NCBI GenBank assembly: GCA_022562275.1
Contig: JADFPP010000020.1
Location: 15,770 to 39,769 of the forward strand
Origin: Bacteroidota bacterium
GTDB lineage: Bacteria; Bacteroidota; Ignavibacteria; Ignavibacteriales; Ignavibacteriaceae
Length of the DNA: 24,000 nucleotides
Direction of reading: 5' to 3'
This document shows positions 8,171 to 14,715 of the stretch, in pieces (positions within the stretch are counted from its first letter, which is position 1; each line of letters opens with the position of its first letter). The notes below the pieces were generated by a model. That model was given only the letters and a program-made list of their open reading frames with translations. It was not told the origin of the DNA and searched no databases. Position numbers and translations under genes: made by a program.

Positions 8171-9607
8171 ATGCAAATGAATAGCTTTATTGATACTGAA
8201 CTTGTAGAAACTGACATTACTTCCATTGCAGACCAAAAATTAATTAATAGAGATTTATCTCCTACGAAAGTTTCAGAACGCTCCTGGGGAACGTACGCCA
8301 TCGCTGCACTCTGGATTGGAATGAGTGTTAATATTCCAACTTATATGCTGGCAAGCGGATTAATTGCCGGAGGTATGAATTGGTGGCAGGCATTGATGAC
8401 AATAGGACTTGGCAATTTAATTGTATTGATCCCGATGGTTTTAAATGCACACGCCGGAACAAAATACGGTATTCCTTTCCCAGTTCTTGCACGAGCTTCA
8501 TTCGGAACAAAGGGTTCTAATATACCCGCACTCCTTCGCGCTATTGTTGCCTGCGGATGGTTTGGTATTCAAACGTGGATTGGTGGGCAGGCATTTAATT
8601 TGTTGATAATAATTATTTTTCCAGGGTGGGCTGTTTTTTCGTGGGGTCCGGGAATTGGCTTCATGCTTTTTTGGGCAATGAACGTTTACTTTATCGTTAA
8701 AGGAATTGAATCAATAAAATGGCTTGAATCTTACGGCGCACCGTTTTTACTTTTGGTTGGTTTGGGATTACTTACCTGGGCTTATGTTAATGCAGGCGGG
8801 TTTGGTCCAATTTTAAGCCAGCCAAGTAAATTTGCAACTACCGGTGAGTTTTGGAAATTTTTTATTCCATCATTAACCGGGATGGTTGGTTTTTGGGCAA
8901 CACTTTCACTAAACATTCCTGATTTCACGCGATATGCAAAAAGCCAGAAATCTCAAATGATTGGACAAGCATTGGGTTTACCTCCTGCGATGGTTTTATT
9001 TTCTTTTATCGGTATAGCTGTTACGTCTGCAACAGTAATTATTTTTGGAGAAGCAATTTGGGATCCGGTTGCCTTACTATCAAGGTTTGAAAGTCCTGTC
9101 GTCGTTGCAATATCTCTGGGATCTCTCATTCTAGCAACGCTAACTACAAACATTGCTGCAAATGTTGTATCACCGGCAAACGATTTTGCCAACTTATCAC
9201 CGAAGCATATCAATTTTGTAAAAGGCGGCTTGATTACTGCAGTACTGGGAATTGCGATGATGCCCTGGAAACTTCTTGCTGATTACAGCGCTTATATTTT
9301 TGGATGGCTTATCGGTTACTCAAGTTTTTTAGGACCGATAGCCGGTATTTTAATTTGCGATTATTTTATTATTAGGAAAAGAAATCTTAATGTAAAAGAT
9401 CTTTATGAAACTGAAGGCGTTTACACCTACAGAAAAGGATTTAATCTAAAAGCTGTGTATGCACTTGCTGCCGGAGTAATTGTAGCATTAATTGGATTAG
9501 TTATTCCTGAAGTAAGTTTTTTATATGATTATGCATGGTTTGTTGGCTTTGCAGTTGCGTTTTTACTTTACTGGGTATTGATGGGACGATTGAGAAAACA
9601 TAAGTGA
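8171..9607 (+). CDS. NCS1-family nucleobase:cation symporter (cytosine/uracil/hydantoin-type permease)
   Basis: About 12 predicted hydrophobic segments. The N-terminal NRDLSPT...ERSWG motif and overall layout are typical of NCS1 permeases. The pyrimidine substrate is inferred from context. Confidence 0.8.
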   Translation: MQMNSFIDTELVETDITSIADQKLINRDLSPTKVSERSWGTYAIAALWIGMSVNIPTYMLASGLIAGGMNWWQALMTIGLGNLIVLIPMVLNAHAGTKYGIPFPVLARASFGTKGSNIPALLRAIVACGWFGIQTWIGGQAFNLLIIIIFPGWAVFSWGPGIGFMLFWAMNVYFIVKGIESIKWLESYGAPFLLLVGLGLLTWAYVNAGGFGPILSQPSKFATTGEFWKFFIPSLTGMVGFWATLSLNIPDFTRYAKSQKSQMIGQALGLPPAMVLFSFIGIAVTSATVIIFGEAIWDPVALLSRFESPVVVAISLGSLILATLTTNIAANVVSPANDFANLSPKHINFVKGGLITAVLGIAMMPWKLLADYSAYIFGWLIGYSSFLGPIAGILICDYFIIRKRNLNVKDLYETEGVYTYRKGFNLKAVYALAAGVIVALIGLVIPEVSFLYDYAWFVGFAVAFLLYWVLMGRLRKHK

Positions 9608-9693
9608 GCAGATTGAATTTTTCAGTTACACATTTGATTGATGATCTATAAGAATCTGGGACTATTATTTTACTTAATTGTTGATGATTTAAA

Positions 9694-9749
9694 GCAATTT
9701 AATTACGTTATTAAAAGTAATTAAAAACAGTTATCTGCAGCCTACCCTG
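9694..9749. repeat. Repeat unit D: weak, truncated copy of the sequence found 3' of the alpha-2-macroglobulin stop codon
   Basis: CAATTTAATTACGTTATTA (9695-9713) resembles CAATTAATCCCGTCATTA (12680-12697). TTATCTGCAGCCTACCCTG (9731-9749) resembles TTATCTGCTATCCTG (12728-12742) and GCAGCTACCCT (13744-13754). Similarity was judged by eye only. Confidence 0.35.
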
Positions 9750-9796
9750 ATTATGGTTAAAATTATACATTAATTAAGAAGTTAAGAGAAAACATT

Positions 9797-10261
9797 ATGG
9801 AAATCTTAAAATTTAATAAGGAGTTTGTTGAGCGTACGATAAATATTTTAAACTCATACAAAGGAAAATTTGAGTTTAGTAATCTTTTGAATTGTACCTT
9901 GGGACTAATAATTCTACCATATGAAAACATGGGTTCATCATCTTATTGGAAAAGCGAAATAGTAAGACTTGAGGACATTCCATCATTTACTATTAAATTA
10001 TTTGAACCGATAAAAAAAATGAAAAAAGGTAGAATAATACGCTATCCAAAGACAATAGGAGTATTGTTGAGGAAAATAAGAAATGGGCTTGCACATCAAA
10101 ATATCAAGCCTATAAATAAGAATAATGAATTTGTTGGTATTAAAATATTTAATAAGTATAAAAATAAGTTAGACCTTGATATAGAGTTTACAAGAGAAGA
10201 ACTATCTAATTTTGCTATTTATATCTCGAATAAATATTTAGAGGAGGATGCAAGTGGATAA
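9797..10261 (+). CDS. Small stand-alone HEPN-like protein with an Rx4H motif (putative RNase effector)
   Basis: LLRKIRNGLAHQNI contains R95-x4-H100 (nt 10079-10096). The protein is predicted to be mostly helical, with the motif in the C-terminal half as in HEPN domains. It sits 70 nt upstream of, and co-directional with, the KAP NTPase gene. Confidence 0.6.
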   Translation: MEILKFNKEFVERTINILNSYKGKFEFSNLLNCTLGLIILPYENMGSSSYWKSEIVRLEDIPSFTIKLFEPIKKMKKGRIIRYPKTIGVLLRKIRNGLAHQNIKPINKNNEFVGIKIFNKYKNKLDLDIEFTREELSNFAIYISNKYLEEDASG

Positions 10262-10331
10262 GGAAGTTAGGTATTTTGATTAAGGAATTGATTAGGTTCA
10301 GGGTAACAAGTAGCACTTTGAAAGTTGCAAA

Positions 10332-12575
10332 ATGAAACATGAATTAAAAACAACAACCACAGGATTTGATTCAGCTAAACTTAGTTATCAAGAAGACTAT
10401 TTAAATCGTTGGGATTTTGCTAAAGAAATATATGATCTTGCGATCACAACTCCCAAAGCATGGTCTGTAAGAATTAGTATTTACGGAAGCTGGGGAGAAG
10501 GTAAAAGTGTAGTTTTAAATTACATTCAACAAATTGCTAAAGCTGATAATCAAATTATACTTGAATTTAATCCCTGGGAGTACCAAACTGCTGAAGAACT
10601 TTGGGAATCGTTTGCATTATCTGTATATCAAACATTGAAGGATGCTGGAATTAAAATCAGATTATCAGATAAAATATGGTTCAACATTAAAGTTAAAATA
10701 AAAAGATTTTTTAGGAAATCGATTTTTCTTATTGAACCAATATCAAAGTTCAATGTTTACACTAAATCAGGTATACTAGTCTTAAAGAATTTTCTCCATT
10801 TTAACAAACGTATTCTAAATGAGTTACCTCAATATATGGGTGACAAGAGATTTATCATTCTAATAGATGACCTTGACAGATCTAATCCGGATATTATTCC
10901 ACAAATACTTTATTCATTAAAAGAATTATTAGATATCCCGGGCTTCTCATTTGTATTGGCATTTGATCCTGACGTCATTAACAATACTTTAAAGGCTCAT
11001 AATGTTAATTATGGAGAAAGTAAAGATTTCTTAGATAAGATAATTGATTTTCCGCGTTGGTTGCCAAAAGCTAACAATGATGAATTAAGTTACTTACTAA
11101 AAAAAGAAGGCGAGAAACATGTCAATTTTTTACCAGTTGGTTCATTAGAAAATGTATTCACACATTTACCTAAAAATCCAAGAAAGTTAAAACAATTTAT
11201 CAGATCATTGTTGAGTTTTAAAAATGAAACTGAGAGATACGATGTTGAAGAATTAAATTGGCATGTTCTACTATTAATAAACGTTCTAAAATTCAGTTAC
11301 CCATCTCTTACTGATTCGATAATTCAAAATCAAAAAATTTGGGATTCCATAACGACTGATAGATGGTTCGGAGAAAGAAGAGACAATAGTAATAGAAAGA
11401 AAGAGCATGAAGAAGAGTTATTAAAGATTATCAATGAAAAGAACCATAATAAAGATGATAGAGATAACATTCTTGAGATTATTAAAGATATTTCAAACTC
11501 AAATTACCCTATAAGCGTGGGTGCATTAGATTCTTATACTTACTTGACAGAAAAAAGATCTCCACTTACATGGAAAGAGTTTAATACTTTAATAAATAAT
11601 TTTGAAAAAGAATCTTCTATTTCGCTAATCGAAAATTTCATGGGGGAATATCCAAAACCCTCCACATTCTCCAGAGAGGATTTTCTTAAAGTGTTATTTC
11701 AAAAAACAGTTGAATATCAAAATTGGTCCCTAGGAATGGCTTCAGATACCCATCTTGAAGAGTACTTAATAAGTCACGTAAAAGATGCAAGTTTAGCGCT
11801 GAGATTATTAGCAACAATTAGTTTCGATATGGGAGGATTCGTTGGTAAAAAACCATTTCTAGATATCTCGAAATTCAGAATTCTCCATGAGATGATTACG
11901 AGATGGACTCACTTTACAATGCCAGACATTTATAAAAGAATAAGACAGGATGAGAAAGAATTATTGCTGAAAATCTGTCATGAATCTACAATTGATTTAA
12001 TCCTGATTATGAATTTTTTGCAGCCTTGGTTTCCATTTAGGACGGGAGTGTTTAATAGCATAGCTGAAGAGCAATTGAGTAAAGAACTAGGAAAAATATT
12101 GGAAGAGAGAATATCTTATCAACTGTTTGAAAATTTTAAAAAAGAAGGGTGGATAGAGTCTATTTTTATTAGAGATAAACACATAGTCGAACATTATATA
12201 TTGCTAAGAAAAAATAGCTGTTTCTGGACCTGCAACCTAAGGGATGAATTTTTTAAATTACTGAATAAATCGGCAAATAATACTAATCTTATTTTAAATA
12301 TGGCCTCTTTTGAGAGTTTGATTACCGTAGCGCTTTTAGATGAAAAGGACAAGTGGAGTGTAATACCGGATGCAGATTCAATACTACATGATCACGAACT
12401 TATTACAATAATTTGGGAAACTGCACTAAGAAAAAAAATAAATCCCAGAATGTTTAAATCACAAGAGGAATATAAAGATGATATTAGAGCCAAAACTGGT
12501 ATAGATTTACCGCTACCATCTTGGTGGGAAGAAATGAAGAATATGGTGGAGGATAGAAAACAATCCAAGGATTAG
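10332..12575 (+). CDS. KAP-family P-loop NTPase with a long uncharacterised C-terminal region
   Basis: Walker A is GSWGEGKS (aa 52-59, nt 10485-10508). Walker B is IILIDDLDR (DDLDR at nt 10866-10880), followed by VLAFDPDV and NPRKLKQFI. All are KAP NTPase signatures. The N-terminal DYLNRWDFAKEI lead-in is also typical. Confidence 0.8.
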   Translation: MKHELKTTTTGFDSAKLSYQEDYLNRWDFAKEIYDLAITTPKAWSVRISIYGSWGEGKSVVLNYIQQIAKADNQIILEFNPWEYQTAEELWESFALSVYQTLKDAGIKIRLSDKIWFNIKVKIKRFFRKSIFLIEPISKFNVYTKSGILVLKNFLHFNKRILNELPQYMGDKRFIILIDDLDRSNPDIIPQILYSLKELLDIPGFSFVLAFDPDVINNTLKAHNVNYGESKDFLDKIIDFPRWLPKANNDELSYLLKKEGEKHVNFLPVGSLENVFTHLPKNPRKLKQFIRSLLSFKNETERYDVEELNWHVLLLINVLKFSYPSLTDSIIQNQKIWDSITTDRWFGERRDNSNRKKEHEEELLKIINEKNHNKDDRDNILEIIKDISNSNYPISVGALDSYTYLTEKRSPLTWKEFNTLINNFEKESSISLIENFMGEYPKPSTFSREDFLKVLFQKTVEYQNWSLGMASDTHLEEYLISHVKDASLALRLLATISFDMGGFVGKKPFLDISKFRILHEMITRWTHFTMPDIYKRIRQDEKELLLKICHESTIDLILIMNFLQPWFPFRTGVFNSIAEEQLSKELGKILEERISYQLFENFKKEGWIESIFIRDKHIVEHYILLRKNSCFWTCNLRDEFFKLLNKSANNTNLILNMASFESLITVALLDEKDKWSVIPDADSILHDHELITIIWETALRKKINPRMFKSQEEYKDDIRAKTGIDLPLPSWWEEMKNMVEDRKQSKD

Positions 12576-12678
12576 AACAAATTTTTTATAGATTTATATC
12601 TATTGTGAGCACTGCATTCTGAAATATATATATTATCATATTGTAACAATGTGGACTTCTTAAGGGAATCTTATAAAC

Positions 12679-12841
12679 TCAATTAATCCCGTCATTATCG
12701 TATGCTTACTTTATCACTATGGCAATTTTATCTGCTATCCTGCCGTATCCGCGCACTAGCTGTATGCTTAGGCAAACTCTTTCCAAGAATGGGTCTTCTC
12801 AATTGCAGGTTTAGCGAGGATAGTAGTATAAACAATTATCT
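12679..12841. repeat. Repeat unit C, flank-derived part, with an internal ~90-nt insert
   Basis: TCAATTAATCCCGTCATTA...TTATCTGCTATCCTG aligns with 13691-13754 at the same ~55-nt spacing. Nt 12743-12830 is extra sequence bounded by the similar strings GCAATTTTATCTGCTATCC and ACAATTATCTCTATTC. Confidence 0.6.
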
Positions 12842-13010
12842 CTATTCAACTATTACTCTCACAACTTCCGAATGGCTTGTCCGGAGGGATCTTCGACAAA
12901 TTCAGGAGCGTACATTCTTTGCATTGTTGTAATACCGTTTGAGAATTCTCCTTTATGAGTTACAATTAGAGAATACTCAAATACATAAGTTCCTTTTGGA
13001 AGCCCGGTCT
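12842..13010 (-). pseudogene. Displaced 3'-terminal fragment (~50 codons) of an alpha-2-macroglobulin gene, copy C
   Basis: The reverse strand reads LPKGTYVFEYSLIVTHKGEFSNGITTMQRMYAPEF.., colinear with the live gene's C-terminus LPKGTYVFEYPLRVTHKGDFSNGITTMQCMYAPEF... A 17-nt insertion (12880-12896) shifts the last codons. Confidence 0.85.
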
Positions 13011-13025
13011 TTAAATTATTAATGT

Positions 13026-13280
13026 ATGAAACATTTTGTAAGACGATCTTATGATATTATATTTACTATAGTGGAAACTAAAGAATTAAAAAACAGAATT
13101 GATAAAAACAGTTTTTCGGTTTCATCTCTTTTTGAAAACTCCGACGAAAAGGAATATTGGCAATCCAAATCATCTTCAGAAAGGCTGGAAGCAGTAGAAA
13201 TACTTCGACAAAGAGTTTATGGCTACAATCCATTTACCACCCGACTTCAAAGAATTCTTTCAATTACTAAACTCACATAA
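13026..13280 (+). CDS. Small conserved hypothetical protein, putative partner/antitoxin of the downstream nucleotidyltransferase
   Basis: EKEYWQSKSSSERLEAVEILRQRVYGYNP..TTRLQRIL resembles small proteins I recall encoded upstream of minimal NTases. The start codon is uncertain (ATG 13026 or GTG near 13071). It overlaps the next gene by 62 nt. Confidence 0.5.
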   Translation: MKHFVRRSYDIIFTIVETKELKNRIDKNSFSVSSLFENSDEKEYWQSKSSSERLEAVEILRQRVYGYNPFTTRLQRILSITKLT

Positions 13281-13668
13281 GGTTCACTACTTAGTAATTG
13301 GCGGTTATGCAGTGGCATATCATGGTTATCCACGTGCCACCGGAGATATTGATATATGGATCACCACTAACCCGGATAATGCAAAAAAAATAGTTCAAGC
13401 AATAAAGGAGTTCGGCTTTGCTGATCCGGACATTTCTGAAGAAATTTTTCTAAAAGAGGATCAAGTAATTAGAATGGGAGTTCCTCCATTGAGAATAGAA
13501 TTATTAACCACAATATCAGGGGTTGATTTTAAATCTTGTTATGCTAACCGCATAGATGAAACTCTTGATGATGTCACAATAAGTTTCATAGGATTAGAGG
13601 ATCTAAAACAAAACAAGAAAGCCAGCGGAAGACATATAGACTTAAATGATTTGGAAAGGCTGCCTTAA
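13219..13668 (+). CDS. Minimal nucleotidyltransferase-fold protein (AbiEii/DUF6036-like)
   Basis: LVIGGYAVAYHGYPRATGDIDIW matches the hG[GS]-x(9-13)-DxD pol-beta-type NTase signature. The protein is 149 aa and sits in a two-gene layout. Confidence 0.6.
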   Translation: MATIHLPPDFKEFFQLLNSHKVHYLVIGGYAVAYHGYPRATGDIDIWITTNPDNAKKIVQAIKEFGFADPDISEEIFLKEDQVIRMGVPPLRIELLTTISGVDFKSCYANRIDETLDDVTISFIGLEDLKQNKKASGRHIDLNDLERLP

Positions 13669-13690
13669 AAAATAATGAGATAATAGGAAA

Positions 13691-13747
13691 TCAATTAATT
13701 CCATCTCTCCTGCTATTCCTATGCTATTGTTATAGGAATTTTAGCAG
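13691..13747. repeat. Repeat unit B, flank-derived part
   Basis: TCAATTAATTCCATCTCTCC...TTTTAGCAGCTACCCT aligns with 12679-12742 and with 14656-14715 (TCAATAAAAAACCCTCTCC...ACAGCTATCACT). It includes the AT-rich hairpin ATTCCTAT/ATAGGAAT (13715-13739). Confidence 0.6.
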
Positions 13748-13842
13748 CTACCCTCCAACTTTAACCCTTACCCCTTCCGAATGACTTGTCCGGAGGGATC
13801 TTCGACAAATTCAGGCGTATACATACACTGCATTGTTGTAAT
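13748..13842 (-). pseudogene. Displaced 3'-terminal fragment (~26 codons) of the alpha-2-macroglobulin gene, copy B
   Basis: Nt 13807-13842 differs from 14755-14790 at a single position out of 36. The reverse strand reads ITTMQCMYTPEF... It has the same 17-nt insertion (13789-13805) as copy C. Confidence 0.85.
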
Positions 13843-14008
13843 TCTCCTGAAACGGCAAGTAAACTAAAAAATTTCCTTTTTTTCTCAATCAGGATAAAAT
13901 TTCCTGTACGATTTTAAGGTAGATTTACTATATTTATTTTATGTTCTTTTCAATTTCGTTTTATAACCCATACTGAAATTAGAAAGGAAAGGAAGAGTAA
14001 ATTAATTA

Positions 14009-14308
14009 ATGGATATATTAAGCAAACATAAAGATGAATTGAATAAATTCTGTGAGACCAACAGGATAATAAAACTTTCTCTATTCGGTTCGTATGCTAA
14101 GAATAGTTATGATGAAGATAGTGATATTGACCTGTTAGTTGAGTTTGAAGATGACGCTACACCAGGATACCTTGTATTAGCACGAATGGAAAATCAATTA
14201 ACAGATCTTTTCGGAATAAAAACTGATCTCAGAACTGCAAATGAATTGAGCAGGTATTTCCGTGAGCAAATTGTAAAAGAAGCGATAGTCCAGTATGCAG
14301 CCGAATGA
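14009..14308 (+). CDS. mntA: MNT-type nucleotidyltransferase antitoxin
   Basis: LFGSYAKNSYDEDSDIDLLVEF minimal NTase motif. The protein is 99 aa and overlaps the downstream HepT gene by 14 nt. Confidence 0.85.
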   Translation: MDILSKHKDELNKFCETNRIIKLSLFGSYAKNSYDEDSDIDLLVEFEDDATPGYLVLARMENQLTDLFGIKTDLRTANELSRYFREQIVKEAIVQYAAE

Positions 14309-14627
14309 CAGAATCCGAATAAAGCATATGATTGATGCTGCTGAAGAAGCAATCTCATTTGCTGAGGGGAAATATAGAGAAGCTTTAGACAGTGAAAGAA
14401 TGTTAGTTCTTTCTTTAGTTAAAGAAATTGAAATTATCGGTGAAGCTGCAGTAAAAGTTTCAGTGGAAGTAAAAGAAATAAATTCTCAAGTTCCCTGGGA
14501 TGATATAACCGGAATGCGTAATCATCTTGTTCATGGTTATTTTGATGTGGATTTAGATATGCTTTGGAATACCGTTAAACTAGATCTGCCTATGCTGTTA
14601 ATTAAGTTGAAGAAAATTATTTCTTAG
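14295..14627 (+). CDS. hepT: HepT (DUF86) HEPN-domain toxin
   Basis: GMRNHLVHGYFDVD contains the Rx4H HEPN motif. The protein is 110 aa and shows the canonical MNT-HepT gene order and overlap. Confidence 0.85.
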   Translation: MQPNDRIRIKHMIDAAEEAISFAEGKYREALDSERMLVLSLVKEIEIIGEAAVKVSVEVKEINSQVPWDDITGMRNHLVHGYFDVDLDMLWNTVKLDLPMLLIKLKKIIS

Positions 14628-14659
14628 TAACTAACTTCCTAATCATTTCTTCGTATTCA

Positions 14660-14696
14660 ATAAAAAACCCTCTCCATTTTTTTAATGAAGAGGGTT
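14660..14696 (-). terminator. Rho-independent terminator of the alpha-2-macroglobulin gene, possibly bidirectional
   Basis: AACCCTCT (14666-14673) pairs with AGAGGGTT (14689-14696), with extra inner pairs. On the minus strand the stem is followed by a T-run (complement of the A-run at 14662-14667), 20 nt after the stop codon. Confidence 0.7.
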
Positions 14697-14715
14697 GATG
14701 AATCAACAGCTATCA

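Noticed and set aside
12609-12625. A possible fifth remnant of the A2M end (CACTGCATT 9-mer shared with 14775-14783 and 13827-13835)
   Set aside because: It is a single 9-nt match in an AT-rich 24-kb window, which is within chance expectation, and it lies in the wrong order relative to the flank motif.
12702-12932. 76-aa + strand ORF downstream of the KAP gene
   Set aside because: It runs antisense through the displaced A2M 3' fragment and the repeat unit, and its composition is not protein-like. The sequence is explained by repeat unit C.
9694-14715. Integron-like cassette array (attC sites without an integrase, CALIN-type)
   Set aside because: The repeat units are homologous to a protein-coding 3' end and its flank, not to attC-type imperfect palindromes. 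I could not find R''/R' (RYYYAAC/GTTRRRY) cores, and no intI gene is in the window. The analogy is kept only as an analogy.
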